Counted from the first letter of the whole stretch, positions 1 to 13,766 are shown. The stretch: 63,256 bases of DNA, filler included, from Sphacelaria rigidula (GCA_964200075.2; 10 parts of 10 records of this genome joined end to end with filler, not necessarily neighbours in it); one strand, 5' to 3'. Numbers and translations are program-made. The notes: generated by a model from the letters alone, not told the origin.

Positions 1-1553
1 ACTCACTTAAAGCGAATGATCAAAGCCACTCTTAATCGTGTCATCTACTCTCAATCTCACGAAAACACTGTTAAAGGTCTTGTGGCTTTCACGCAACGCT
101 GTCGGTAGTACGGCAGGCAAACCCGATCATATCTAGCTTTCGTTGCTGCCGTGCTTACTCCCGACCGAAGTTCTCAACGGGGATGAAAGCTAAACAGCTG
201 ATTATTCTCAACTTCATCCACCCAATTCAAACGACTCTCAAGACCTGAGGGAAAGTGGCTCGGGTCCTCTCAATTTGAGGCCTACCTAACCCTAACCCTA
301 AAACCCCTAGATACCGTCGGACCCCCGACAAATGGTGAAAAACTCAGGAAGTGAAAAAACCTCGTCCGTACAAAGTTGCGTGTTGGTACATAGCATATTT
401 GTGCAAAGTTTCAGCATCTAACTGCTAATACCGGCGTCAAGGTTTGCGCGTTAGTGGAGGACGTGGGCTTGAAACGTGCAACTCCTAGCTACTTGCTTTT
501 AGTATACAAACGTCTTTTAGGGTGAATTTTACGTCAGGGCAAGAAGAACTGTATGAGGTTTACGATTTTCTCCACCAAACGTTGTACATGTATTCTTTGG
601 ATTCTCCCGGGACTCATCATTTTATTATTTTTCTATAAGGGCACTCTGTGCCGCCTTCCGGGGGTCTTCATACTGGGACCCCCGAATCACTGTAGAGAAC
701 GGAGAAACCATGATATGAGTGATGCTACGGTAGGGTTGCACTTTCTGAGCGAAAATGTTTCTCGGGGTGTTGCACGCATCATTTTCAATTAAAAAAGACT
801 GAAAATGACGCCGATTCACGAAAAGGCCCCTGTGTGCATCTCTATGTCCTGTCCCCGGAGATTCGGGTTGCACAGTAAGCCCCATATATTTGGGCTCCTA
901 CAAAAACGAGACCCAGAAACAAAAAGTGCAACCCCTATCGTAGCATTGGTCATACATTGTCAAGAATACATTTTTTCCCGTTTGAGCATCAATACCTACG
1001 GAACTGCCGAGTTTGAGGACGATCTGAGCTTTTCTACGACAGATATAGGGGACACCGTCACAAGGCTCCCTGGGTTTTTCGTGCGTATCATTAGTGGAGG
1101 TTAGACGACGCCAACACCGGACATCACCGCAACATCACGGTTTAGGGTATAATTCGACCCCCGTGGTAACCGTTTAAGAAAAATGTTTTTCTCGTTGGAT
1201 TCCTGTGCCGATGGCGGTCACTACGATTTGAAGCATGTGGAGATTGAGTGAAATTTGGGCTTGGAATTCGTAATTTCGATCTCGGAACAGTTTGAAGGGC
1301 GCTGATTGGTTGAGACACATTTGGATCCGTACCGCCACCGCTGCGGCCTTGAACAAAATTCCGGCTATGTCTCCTTCTTCGTCTCTTCATTGCTTTCAGT
1401 ATTATACCATATATGCGGCTATTGGGTGCGTATTGCGGAATGCATTTGCTGATGACACAATTTTGGGTGATCACCGTGAACCAGCTCGTACAGGAATGAA
1501 TTACTAGACATGGGATCTAATCAACGAGAAAAAATGGCCCAGACTTCTGAGCA

Positions 1554-1996
1554 CACGGAACAAGGGATCCTACAAATTGGGGATGGATCTTTTATTGGGG
1601 ATGAGAAACCCGGAGGATTAAAATCTTCGTATCCACACCAAATCTTCGAAATATGGTTCCATTTCTTCAAATACTGATAGCTATTGAAATCTGCTACACG
1701 CCGTAGAAATTTGGATTTCGATTACCAAAATGTTGGGATTCTAGGCGAGAAAAATCGGAACAACTTTGGCGTCCGTTCGGATACCCGGAATTCCCCCAAA
1801 ACGGTTTTTCACCTGGAACCCCAACATTTCGGTGATCGAAATCCAAATTTCTATGGAGTGTAGCAGATGTCAATAGCTGTTCGTAGGTGCAGAAATAGAA
1901 CCATATTTCGGAGACTTGGTGTGGATACGAAGATTTTAATCCTCCGGGTTTCTCATCCCCAATAAAAGATCCATCCCCAATTTGTAAGATCCTGTG
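1554..1996. mobile_element. Foldback MITE with ~190-bp terminal inverted repeats
   Basis: GGATCCTACAAATTGGGGATGGATCTTTTATTGGGGATGAGAAACCCGGAGG... at 1565 is reverse-complemented by the arm ending at 1992. It interrupts a host repeat seen uninterrupted at ~25790-25980. Confidence 0.85.
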
Positions 1997-2700
1997 TTAT
2001 GGGCACCTTCCCCGTGATCAGACAATTAGTACGATATGCAGATCACGGCCCAACTCGTCTGTGTCGATGAGATGTAGCTTTTAGAGCTTCTAGATATTGC
2101 TTCGAGAGCTTTAATGCGCGTCTAGGCCGGCTCGGCTCGTTTTGATTTCGGTTTGGGGGGCATAATTTCGTCAAACAGATACCAAACACGTCTGTCTTAC
2201 TCCAAGGGGCACCTGGACACACAGCAGTTGTTGCTGCTGCGTCCCTTTAGTATCATCCTCGAAATCGAAGTCTTGAGTGAGAACGCCGGGCGTTTGGTGC
2301 CCAGTACGAGGATGATCTACATCTAGTATCATGCTCCAAAACGTACCTGACAAGGGGGCAACATCCCCGTACATGTAGCAATGCTAGCGGATCCTACGTC
2401 CTGACAGTCTGGTAGTCGGCAAGGTGGTTATGGTTGTGCTCTTCTAGCGATATCAACTTACAGTGCACCGGAGCAAAGTTTGCAGGTGAATATTTTAGCG
2501 ATTGGCTCCCCTGCAGTTCGCCCAGATGTTGCGGATTTTTTCACGATATCACTGCATGAGTAACATTACATCATATACGTTTACATGCGAAAATATACCA
2601 GACCCTGCATTATAAGTGGAAATGTACCCAACCGTGGACAAAGATTAAATATTTCTACAGTCAGTACGAAGACGATGTTGAAAGTGTACTGCGCAGTTAA

Positions 2701-2776
2701 TGTGTTGTGTGTATTGTCGTCCCATCTATTCTGGACGCCGGTCTCCACCTTTCGGTATATGTGGGCGCACCAGCAG
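2701..2776 (-). mobile_element. SINE family 1, 3' tail fragment
   Basis: Matches the 3' end (CCAGAATAAATGGGATGACAACAC-type tail) of fuller copies at 9611-9981 and 15090-15452. Confidence 0.8.
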
Positions 2777-2970
2777 CGGCTGTGTCCAATACAGCTTCGC
2801 CCAAGATACAGGCAGCGGTTACAGCAGCGGAGGCGGTCGTTGACTCCTGCGTGCGCCACCTGGGGCAAACGCACGCTGTAGCTACAACACGGACAGCTTT
2901 ACAAAATGTGACGCAGCGATATAGCGCGAAGCGAGGGTTGATATCCTGCGTACACGTTGGTCGCAGATAC
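2777..2970. repeat. Unclassified interspersed repeat, second copy at ~50005-50180
   Basis: Shared core ACTCCTGCGTGCGCCACCT(G/A)GGGCAAA with collinear flanks in two different contigs. Confidence 0.7.
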
Positions 2971-3299
2971 AAACGGCTGCATTCATGATGCGGCGGATTG
3001 CATAGGACAACACGAAATCAATGCAGGACGGGGATGGGCTAAGGGTCTCACGTCCTGCGGCGTGCTTCGTCACCCTGCACCCTGCCGCTGTGCAGTGAGC
3101 AGGTAGTACCGCCGAAGGCGTCACGCTGCGGTTGGTACGTAGTGTCGTACACAGCAATCAGTATATTTCATGTACAACAGTAGTACCGTACTTGTACATA
3201 GATCTGTGCTCTGAAGACTGATGCGCACACACACAGCAACTACTATCGTCATTATCCATCGATCAGGGGGTTGGTATCCCCCCTCCTCAAATAGCGTAC

Positions 3300-5200
3300 C
3301 CAAGAGTCCCCCCCTCTCCCACTACGGCCACAGAATGGGGTTCGGGCGATCTCGGGGGTGGTGGTGCCGTCATTTCACGATATGGGGCCCCTCAGCCCAG
3401 CGTGCAGCTTGCCACTGTCTCCCGTCTGCCCGAGAAACAGCAGTTTGCAACTCATACAGTAGTCTATGGCATACCGGGAAGCAAGTCGTGCACGTGTGCT
3501 TCAAAACAGGAATGGTAGTAGCTGGGACTCGTGCGGGACGACCTAGCGGGAATTTACCGGGTAACGGCTCGCGTCTCAGCGCCGACTTGCCGCGGGCCCT
3601 TGCGAATGTAGGGCAACGGAGATAACACGAACACGATTTATGATTCAATACAACTTCAGGCTTCCGTGAAGGGACACATCACCATATCCCGGGTGGGTGC
3701 GGCAGACCTTCATTTTAGAGTAGAAGGGTTCAGCCGATACCACTCCGGTTTCACCGCCGAAATCCGAGACCGCACCGTCACCAACACCCAAATGAATTGA
3801 AATTGGAAGCGCTCTGGACACAGGACAATCTGTTTCATACGGTATTGTTTGCGGAGCGCTTCACCCCACACCGTGAATGAGACAACAAATGTATCGCACA
3901 GGGTAAACATATCCCGACTTGCTGAGGGTTGATTGCTACACCAATTTTTTGCTGTCTGTTCAAACATGTTGAAATTATGATTCCATGCTGACGACGTTTT
4001 CAACACCGACATGTAACAAGTAGCGCTGTGCGCAACGCGGGGTATCCACAAACACATTCCACTGTTGTATTGTGTCGTCGAAATAACGGTACTTCATCAC
4101 CTCAATGGCCAAACGGGCAACGCAAAACAGACAGAAGTGCTGGCTATTTTCCCGAGTGTATTGGGTGTCAAAATTACACAGATATGGCAGAGACATGGCG
4201 CGGTAGACATCCCTTCCTCCGCCGCGCTTCTTTTCGGGGCGCTCCAGGATGCCATGGCTGCGTGGGGAGGATTACAACGGTGTTTCAACAGCATGCTACA
4301 ACAAGATGTGAACAAAGCAAGGACACGCAGTTCAGAACAAGTACACCACAGAGTTGAAGCACACCAACGCCGACCAGAGTGCACATAGAGTGCGCATAAT
4401 GGCATGATTCGTGATAGGGTCGCAATGCTCGCGCCCCAACAATGTACGTGGTATCGTTGTCTAATGCCAACGAGGATTGGTCGAAGATACGGTATGTAAC
4501 GTGATAACGAGATCCTGCACAACAGACGAATCCCCATCTGGGGAAATAGTTGTAGGACAGTTGGGCCTTTCTGTTTTGTTTTCTCTCCCGCTCGAGCGAA
4601 TAAATTCGTCAGACTCAACAAAACGCGTCTCCTTTTCTTTGAAGTTTCGAAATAAGCGGTCGACGCTCGATCTACAGTGCCGGTGATACCCACCTAGCCA
4701 CTCAGTCAACCGAGCCTGATCGAACTCCCGTTCGCCCCCGCAGTCCACACGAAACACGCCCAAGTCTACCAGGGAAAAACTGCATATGCAGGGCAACAAT
4801 ATCAGCCACGTGGGCACGAAGGTGAAATATATTCCGATGTTGACGGGCAGTCTTCACCACTAACGATTGCTGGTCCAAACCAAACGAAGAGATACTTCCA
4901 AGCACACAACTACAGATTCCCGAGAGAGGGTGGCTATTTCACAACATCTTCACCCGCACAAAAGGTGAACGGCATGCGTGAAAATCAAACGTCGCCGGGG
5001 TAGCTGATGGCTCCACCTGAGAACTTGGGTTCAGCGCTGACCACGTAGGCGCCTCCATCTGCAGGGCTGGCGATGAACGTTTCACCTCGAACGCCCACCG
5101 AGGCGGCGGCTTCTAGCATTGCTTCTGCCACCTGGATCACATGTCATGTGCAGTATCCAGCATGGACGAGTAAGGGCACGTGAGGCCTAGTCTCAGTAGC
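3300..5200 (-). pseudogene. Highly degenerate Ty1/Copia-like pol remnant
   Basis: Frameshifted fragments in Copia order: integrase-like FRVDCGGE, RT-start-like HAAMASWSAPKRSAAEEGM, then RYFD..VFVDTP and LKTSSAWNHNF (cf. LKQSSRAWN). Recognised by eye only. Confidence 0.4.
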
Positions 5201-6236
5201 CAGTACTTTTTTCTTGCAACATATTGCAACGTGGATGATATCAAAAATACTTGCACCATTACTGGTTGCATGAGAAGATGGATATAGCTGCGTCAACCCA
5301 ACGTTGACTGAAAGGGGGTACGTTCGGTGTTTAGCAACACAAGGCAGAGCAAGGACGGAGCATACTTGCGGCTCAAGTGCCACCTCCCATTCATGAAAAC
5401 GTTGGCTGAATAACACTTTATATTTGCCCTTCGACATTCCACACCCAGCAAAATGCTGTCGCACGGGGTTGCGAAATGACTCCTCCTGGGCGATTCATTG
5501 CCGTTTTCGTATCGCGGCCTTCATTCTACGGTGAGGCAGTGCAATCAACACGGTACTGGAGTGACTTTGGCGTGCTGTGTCCACTTCAAGGGCGACAGTG
5601 GTCGCTGTAGATCATGGTCGCAACACTACATCCATTCGCATCAACGAGCATTTAACCTGGAACAAGCAACCTCAGATATCTGCTCCGAATCGTTCCACAG
5701 GCAAAGTTTGCAGCTCAAAACGCTATTTGCCGTGCACATGCTGACACGAAGGCCTTTGACGTAGAACCCACCTCTGTTGTGGCGTAGATGTTTCAGTTTC
5801 GCACCCCCCGTCTTTCACGTGAGTTTTTAATGGGCATCCGTTTCAAGTGGGGTTTTGTACGTGGACACCTCCATTGGAGGGCAAGCTACGGTTGGATCGC
5901 TATGAGGGAGAGATATGAATGGAGGCACATATGTTTTTCTTCAAGTTGTCGACCTTTGCCCTCCCGCGGCGTGCAGATACTGTACATTGTCTTGATGCAC
6001 CCACGTCGGAGCACACAGTAAACGAAAGCCAATAGGAAACAATCAACACCGCAGTTGCTTTGGTAATATACATGTACCGTGCTGTCATACTGTTGGAATG
6101 CGGGTGTGCCGCTATCTCTTTGGTTTTCGCGCCCGGCGAGACATCACTCCTACCCCCCCCTGCCATCTCGTAGGGAACATCTATATGCCCCCAGAATCGA
6201 AAAGTACGGTGGACGGTATTCAGCGTAGGTTTGGAG

Positions 6237-6336
6237 NNNNNNNNNNNNNNNNNNNNNNNNNNNNNNNNNNNNNNNNNNNNTTAATTAATTAANNNNNNNN
6301 NNNNNNNNNNNNNNNNNNNNNNNNNNNNNNNNNNNN
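6237..6336. other. Artificial contig linker N44-TTAATTAATTAA-N44; identical linkers at 12573-12672, 18909-19008, 25245-25344, 31581-31680, 37917-38016, 44252-44351, 50587-50686, 56922-57021
   Basis: Nine identical 100-bp spacers with stops in all six frames; the intervening segments are 6236 bp (x6) then 6235 bp (x4), i.e. size-sorted contigs. Confidence 0.99.
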
Positions 6337-8157
6337 GTTTTGTGTGGGTTCGTATGTTGATGTGTGACTGTGTCGGTATGGCGCGCGGGGGCGGCTGTAG
6401 CGGGAGGGTTGGGGGGGGGGGGGGAGGGGGGGGAAGAAGAAACAACTAGTTGTCAGTACTGTTTTCAACGCCTGCTTTTTCCCGCTCAGACGAGTTCACG
6501 TCGGCCGTGGGATATTTGCGTGCACTACTCTTAAATCCCTGCACACAAGAGCCTGTCTTCGTTCGGACATCGAAACATATATTGTGATATTTCTGGACGA
6601 ACGTGCCTTGTGGGAGGATATCGAAGAAGTGTACGGCCATCTGTGTTTTGCGACAGTCGGAAGAGCTGAAATATGGTATTTCAGCTTACAGTATTGGAAT
6701 CCGCCACGTTCAGGTACAAATTCCGCTACAGTCAGGAACCTCTCGAAATTCAGGCAGTCTAGGTTTGGGAAAAAAGACAAAATACTCCGGTTAACATCAG
6801 GCGCTTTCCGTCACAAATAGATATTCGGCGGTTTCGGCCGATCGCGTGGCTGGAAGCCTCGGCACTTTATACTTCAAGTACAGACTGCAGCTGAATTTGG
6901 CGGGAGTACGTCCAGGTACACCTAGACCTGTCGCGACATGGCCCTTTCTGACACTTCATGAGCGGCCTTACCCTTCGGTAGATGTTTTACTCACCATTTG
7001 GTGGCAACATACCCAGACTATCTCGACGTCCCCACTATTGTTGTAATTCGCAATGGTGCCCTCGCTTTGAGAAGATGAAAATCACCTTGCACCGCTTTGA
7101 GGCTGAGTCCCGCCTGAAGGTGGTCAATTTTTGCCCAATCCTATACCGCATTCAAATGGGACCCATCTGTCCCGTACCGCTCCTAAACTGGACTCATCAT
7201 GTTCGACTAACCGAACCAGTCGCACCTCAAGATTTGCATAGTCGAATCCAGTCCACCATCCGCGCGCACCCGAGCACTACTAGCGTCACTTCCCACATCA
7301 CTCTTGCTGACTTCCCCGCCCGAAAAATCGGTCTCGGAGCCCTCGGCCGGGGGTGCCTGTCTCCTTCCAGCGTCACCGTGTCTAGCTGCCCATCCCGAGT
7401 GTTGCTGTCGTGGTTGGGGTCCATCGGAATGGTCGTCTTGAGATGTAAAGCTGTGCGATGGTTTGTCACTATGAGCGTTCAGGTTCCCTTTCGCTCCGGA
7501 GGATGACCACTCGCTGTCTCTCGGAGGTGGCAAGCGTCTCATGTCTTCCCTCGTGGGCTACGTTCAGCCGACGACCCGCAATAAACCCGCGCTGGGGAGC
7601 AAGTACAAGCAATGTACGAGTACTCGGCGTATATATTTGCACCGAGCACTCACAACCGGTTTGGTCACAGTTTCTTGTCCGAACAGTGCAGTCTTGCAGC
7701 CAGCACAATCAATGATCAGACACTGCTTTTCAGCATGAGTCTAGCCGAAAACTAGAGAATAATTCCCACCAAGCTCAGCTTATTGATCCATAGGATGCCT
7801 ATTTGCAGTCAAGCAAAGCACTGAAGAGATGCTAGTTGTCACATGCTCCTCGTCGGATCAACACGTCCTCTGTTCATGGAAAATTCAAATTTGAAAAATT
7901 ACAATGACGTGTTATTATCCATTCTGCAAATCTCAAGGCCAGCACTTTCTACACAGGTATAATTAGGTACAGCACGTACCCCTCACCCAATTCAATGATT
8001 ACTCTCTGAAATGTTTTTTACGTATCGAAGACAACATATTGTTTGTGTCAACTTGTGTGCAACACATAGAACAGCAGTGTGGTAGACACAACGGGTCTGC
8101 AACAATGATGGAGGACTTCGTGACAGAACAAAAACAAAAAATGTTTTACGGTCCTAG

Positions 8158-8412
8158 GATGCTTGTGGACGCAGCCACCCGAGGGCTTTGGAGGAGAACC
8201 CGACGGTGAAGGAGCCCACTTGTACCTCAACGAAACCGGTCAAAGCAATGGCGGCTATCGACAGCGAGAAGCTTGCGCTGCTGAACACTGATGAATTGGA
8301 TATCGCTTTACGGCTGAGCCATTTGAAGCATACAGCTGGAGCGGGAACCGGTTCCTTGGACGCAGACAAAGAGGCTCGAAGGAAAGAGAAGCGGCAGCAG
8401 AAAGATGCCAAG
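8158..8412 (+). CDS. Exon of Lys/Ala-rich protein of unknown function (coding may start at ATG 8248)
   Basis: CCTAG acceptor, AAG|GTACGC donor, 255 nt open; joins in phase 0 to exon 10871-10960 (...RQQKDAK|VLRAIEAKK...). Confidence 0.65.
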
Positions 8413-9610
8413 GTACGCCGTACTATGCTGTACCTCCGTCCCAGGGCGTGGATGCTTCGTGATGAATCGCAGCCATCAAGCCCTAATTTTGTGCGCTGCC
8501 TAGTGTTGTTTCATGCACTGCGGCACTGTACTATGAGTTTGTTGGTGTTGCTTGCATCCCAAGATGTGGCCGCAACACCGAACGGTTGCACCCCACAGAT
8601 ACCGTATACCGCACATACATGGAGCACTCGGTGCAACACACCCCGCACGGGTGCTTGACGTTTTTGCCCTGGATTCTCTCCTTTGAGGCTGCGATGCGTA
8701 TGCTTCCTAGTATTGCTCTATATACTGCGGTACTATACTGTACTGTGCTGTGTGTTTGTTGGCATTGGGTGCGTCCAATATGTAGCAGCAGCACCTGCAA
8801 CTCACAGCGCGAGTTGCATCCGAGAGATGCAGTAGTACAGGATATCTTACGCCATGCACACACAATGGACAGTGCGCAGGCGCTACACGTTTTCCCCCCT
8901 CGATTTTCTCGGAATCAAAAGGCCCTGCACTGACGGATAAGTCGATAGGTACAGCAGAACTTGATGGAAACTTTACACCAATCTGAATTATGGTGTATAT
9001 CGAGCGTCGTGGTCGTCGAGAACGTACTGCTCCGCGTGTGGTATTCATCAAGCTCTGTTTGGCGGGCGGGTACGAGTACAGTAGGGGGCTGACCTTGCAA
9101 TCATGGCGTCATCCATCGCAAATTGGAAAGTAGTTCAGTAGACTGAGTGTGATGCGTTGGTTGTAGCCCCGATTTGCTTGTTGTCTGTGTCTTCATTGCT
9201 GGAAATCACACAGCAACCGGGTGCCGATGCGTGCCATCTGTCTGTACGAGCTCGTTTGTGCCGAGTACCGTGCTATCTCTGTTATTCTGTGGTTTGACCG
9301 GATTTGCGGGGGTACTAGGAGACGGGCGTACCGCAGTGATGCCCAGCCGACAGGCCGGGCTGCCTGAACAGATCGCACCCCTCATCGGGATGCCACTGCA
9401 TTCGATTTCGCGGCATTACAAAGGGTTGCCCAACCCGTCGGCGATACAGCTGTATAGTGTGCACCGATATTTTTTGGCCACCACGTGGTCCGGTCCTGTA
9501 CTATCGTACAACAGTTCGTCAGAGTACCATATACGAGTATATTGCAGCAGTACGGTCGAACGTGTAATTGGTGCTCACGATAGAGTACGATACTCCAGGT
9601 GCTCTGAAAG

Positions 9611-9981
9611 CGGTCGCTGCGGTGATTTAGTTGGTAATCTCGAAACCCTCTAATGGTTCAAACGTGGGTTTGAATCTCGGTGGAGTCACACGGACTGAGA
9701 TTTTTCCTCACATCATGCTCAACAGTGGAGAGCGCCTGTGTCGTGGGTTACACAAAATTCAACTTCACCTTCTACAGTGGAAACGCGTCGCTGGACCTTT
9801 CTCGCTGTAAAAAGTACGGCAAGCGCGGCTGAAGGAAGGCGGAGTGCTATAAAAAAATAAAAACAAGAAACTGCTGTGTGTTACTCCCCTCCTGTGTGCT
9901 CCGGCTGATGTACCCACATATCCCGAAAGGTGTAGACTGGCGTCCAGAATAGTTGGAATGACAACACATACACATACACAC
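9611..9981 (+). mobile_element. tRNA-headed SINE family 1, near full length
   Basis: Degenerate A box and B box (GGGTTTGAATCTC), body shared with 15090-15452 and 48274-48510, ACAAC/ACAC tail. Confidence 0.85.
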
Positions 9982-10870
9982 GCATAGCCAAGTAAGACCA
10001 AGCGAAGGCCAGGAGCTCCCAGAACGGACTATGTCAACCGCACTACTGTAGCCCGTCTATCTTGGCGCGGTGTAGGACACGTGCACAGTGCAGTACTATC
10101 GAGTTGGTTGAAACAAGCGCTTCTAACGGGAATGGAATCTCACAGGATATTTTATCGAAACTAGACGGGCCGACGGATTTTCGGGGCTGCACGTCCCGTC
10201 CGATCTCGTCCCGTTCTGTCTTGTCTTGTCTCACACCCTTTTTCGTGTTCCCCATCCCCGTCCCGTCCTCACACGACGTCCCCTGAACGGGACGAGAGTT
10301 CCCGTCAAATGCTACGGGATAGAGTGGAATTTTTTCGCATCTTGGACCTTTGCGAGATTATTATTGACGGTATACAAGCGAGAGTTCGTTGAATTTTATT
10401 GCCAGATGTGATCAACGCTCATAAAAAAATCACGCACCCTGTTGGAAGTACTACTGTCCTTGGTTTTTTCTGTACCGTGCCGCAAGTGATTTGTATTCGG
10501 GAGGCATACTGTTTGGGCATGATGCATTACATATGGGCTCTATAGGGACGAGGCACAAGCACCACTACATGATGAAACTAGAAACAGAATGACAAACTAA
10601 AAACGAAGGAGAAACACTGAAAAAGGAAAATCGAGGGGAAATCAAGTAAAAAGAAACAGACAAAAAAACTTGAAGAGAAGAGATGAAACCCGAAGACAAG
10701 GCAGAATATATACGGGACCACAGCTTGGGGGATATCACAAAAGTTTGCAAACCAAGGGAAAAAATAAGGTCAACGACAGTCGATAATAAAATAAGAATAA
10801 GGCAACGGCGAATCAATCTCGTGTCATTTTTTTCTTTTTCATACGTTTTGATGATGTCCCGTTGTGGCAG

Positions 10871-10960
10871 GTGTTACGGGCGATCGAAGCCAAGAAGAAT
10901 GCGACCGCGGCGGCACCCAAGAAGGATAAGGACAAGTTCGAGAAAAAAGCACCTAAGGCC
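10871..10960 (+). CDS. Next exon of the same Lys-rich protein (VLRAIEAKKNATAAAPKKDKDKFEKKAPKA)
   Basis: GGCAG acceptor, GTAAGT donor, 90 nt, phase 0-0. Confidence 0.75.
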
Positions 10961-11181
10961 GTAAGTACTGCAGACCTGGTTGAGTTACGGGAATCGTGTG
11001 GTGCGGGTACACGGGGGGGGGTTCGTTCCCTAACCACTCGTGGGTTGTCTAGAATGTATAGCTCAGTATTTTTCATCCTATTCGATCACCGTCGATACCC
11101 TAGTTATCCTGGAAGTACCCTTCTCTTTCCCGCAGTCGATATTCCGGGTATCCCGTGGTGCTAGGTACAGCTGCAAGTGCA

Positions 11182-11507
11182 TTTTTTTTCTTGTCACACT
11201 TTGAACCCGTCCCCTTCCTCAGGACGAGTCCGTGGTCTCAAGGGATGAATCCATCTCTCCACGGCACACACCTTGCATTTAGGTCTAGCGGATTCGGTCA
11301 TGACTATCATTACTCCCGCCCCGCGTCAACTCTTGTAACACAAACTCAGCCTACTACTTTTTGTGTATTCAAATACTCACGCTTTCGACGGTGGAAATCA
11401 GATACTCCGAAGACAAACCCCAACGCTATCGGAATCGAACCCACGCTCTCTCAACACTAATGTTGTCAGTCGCGGCACTTCAATTTATACCACCGGGGTG
11501 TGGCGGC
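11182..11507 (-). mobile_element. tRNA-headed SINE family 2
   Basis: B box GGGTTCGATTCC on the minus strand; body and GACCACGG...AAAGTGTGACAA-A-rich tail shared with 18031-18360. Confidence 0.85.
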
Positions 11508-12161
11508 TAATCGCATTAGAAATAGAAATCCAGCGTCCCGCGAGAACGGTACCCTGAAGATATACTGGGTATCGAGAGGACGGCACTCTTGGTACCCTGC
11601 AAAATACCCCTTATGACCGGGTGGGGGAAACAGTTTTTCTTACTGAATATGGGGTGGGTATTAATACTTCCGACATCCAATTTTTGAGAGTAAGGGTTGG
11701 CCGTGATTACCTCATAGTAACCGAAGAACCTATGACGATCGATTTCAACCAAAATCGGTGGGTACTTCGGATACGCTGGAGCCCTTGAGTACCGAATGTA
11801 AAAAGCTGTTGGTAGCCTGGAACACCCTGTTTGCCTACGAGGGGTATAGTACTACTGTAATATTGTGCTTGCTCTGTGCGTACTATAGTCTCCGGCGGAA
11901 GAGGGCGACGTGTGCACGTGTGTCTTTTGGTTCCTCTGTCCTCTGTGTGTTGTGCTCATCTATTTTTCGCCCGTTATGATGGGATATAACCCCATTTACC
12001 CTTCGATCTATAGGAGTAAAGAGCTCTTGTTGCAAAGATCCAAAATGCCGATCGCTGGCACGTTTGCCATTTTTCCGTTCATCAAATGTTTTTGTGTTCG
12101 TTTTCTGTTCTTGTTTTGGTTTTGGTTTTTCGGTTTACTCCTTTCGTTTCTTCCGCGTATA

Positions 12162-12270
12162 AGCCTGATCCGGCAAAAACCCGGCGTGCTCCGTCCCGGC
12201 TTCGTAGGGATGAGAGGTTAATGGTCATATGACTATGGCATGCATGATCATGAGTATACCCTCCCCCCCT
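12162..12270 (+). mobile_element. Family A (ATGAGTAC-ended) non-LTR element, 5'-truncated
   Basis: ...GACTATGGCATGCATGATCATGAGTATA followed by a C-run. Confidence 0.9.
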
Positions 12271-12930
12271 CACTGTTCCCTTGGCGATCATTCTCATTTT
12301 GTTCATCTTGGGTACGTCTATGTTGTGGACAATGACCACGTCGGGGATCGGTGTATGTGTAACCATCAATAAGTCAATTAATTTATCGATCAAATTTGGA
12401 ATTATTCTGATTTTCTTCTATATTTGGACTGCAAGGAGCCCAAGCAAGAGGGCCAAAGTGTGAATGAAAGACTTGGACAAGCAAAATTGGTATTTGTCTC
12501 CCCCCCCCCCCCCCCCCCTCCTATCACCTGGCCTCGGGGGCCCCCGCCGCGCCCCCCCCCCCCTCTTCGTGGNNNNNNNNNNNNNNNNNNNNNNNNNNNN
12601 NNNNNNNNNNNNNNNNTTAATTAATTAANNNNNNNNNNNNNNNNNNNNNNNNNNNNNNNNNNNNNNNNNNNNTCCATGACTAGTTGTACTGTATCATCCG
12701 AATCAGGTACACTATTGTGTTCATACTTCACCCGTAGGAGCTGGATCGCATAGAAATTGATCTGTCCGACGTGTGGAAATATTGAAGAAGCGAACGACAG
12801 TCCACCTCGTCACTACAGAACAAAGGATCTCCGTATGAAGAAAAGGATCAACAAGACCGACCCCAGAAAACCTCCACGCTGAGCACCGTCACGTAAACTG
12901 TGCAGAAAAAGCTCCCCCATCAGACAGTGA

Positions 12931-13257
12931 TTTCTTCTTTGTCACACTTCTAACCCCTCAACCCTTTCGCGGGACAAGTCCATGGTTTCAAGGAACCAGC
13001 CCATCCCTGCCCCGGTGCATACCTTACATCTTGGCATCGGATGCTGTACAGCACTTCCGAACCGTGGCGACTGTCGTCTAACAAGCCACGTTAGGCTCTC
13101 TTCATTAATCATACCCTCGCGTGTTCAACCATGGGAGCCAAACAGTTCTCTGAGAAAAAAAAAAAGCCGAACTCTATGCACCTGGCGGGAATCGAACCCT
13201 CGTTTTTCCCAAACTAATGCTGTCAGTTGTGTGACCAAACCACCGGGACGCGGTGGC
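12931..13257 (-). mobile_element. SINE family 2 variant (same head and tail, divergent middle)
   Basis: B box GGGTTCGATTCCC and GACTTGTCCCGCGAAAGGG...AAGTGTGACAAAG tail. Confidence 0.7.
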
Positions 13258-13404
13258 GAAGACGCAGGAAGCGAACACAGGAACCTCATGGTGAGAAAAA
13301 AAAACAAATCAGAATACTTCATGAGCACACGAAAAAAAAAAACACAACCCACAGCGCTTTGACGTGATAACAGGCACAGTACAAACCAAAACGCAGCCGC
13401 TCAC

Positions 13405-13578
13405 CGCTCTTGTCCACTCCCCCACTTGTTTGCACAGCGCTATTGCCGTGTTGTACGTTTGAACATCACGGGGCACATCTCGGCCCCACATCTCCCTCAG
13501 CAGGCACATACCCTCTTCTAGCTCTCCCGCACGAGCGCATGCCATGATGCCGGCATTAAATACCGCCGTTGTAACCAC
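13405..13578 (-). CDS. Pentatricopeptide-repeat (PPR) protein, exon 5 of 5 visible
   Basis: VVTTAVFNAGIMACARAGELEEGMCLLREM..DVQTYNTAIALCKQVGEWTRA carries PPR motifs; CAG acceptor, GTGAGC donor, 174 nt, phase 0-0. Confidence 0.92.
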
Positions 13579-13766
13579 CTGCTCAGGGAAGGGTTTCTTG
13601 TTATGAGCGTGTTCACGTAATATTTCCGAGACGTATAGCCTTAAACAAAGGAACACGCTCACAAACATTTATTTTTGCTGGTCCGCAAGGGGTGAGTACA
13701 TGCGTGTATTCACATCTTAGACACGGCCATACCTTCCCTCTTTTTTATCGAAAGCTCGAAGAGAGC

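Noticed and set aside
286..310. Telomere (CCTAACCCTAACCCTAAAACCCCT)
   Set aside because: Only 2-3 units and internal to a contig; an interstitial or element-borne repeat, not a chromosome end.
6281..6292. TTAATTAATTAA recurring every ~6.3 kb as a biological periodic motif
   Set aside because: Always centred in N44 padding; it is an assembly linker with six-frame stops.
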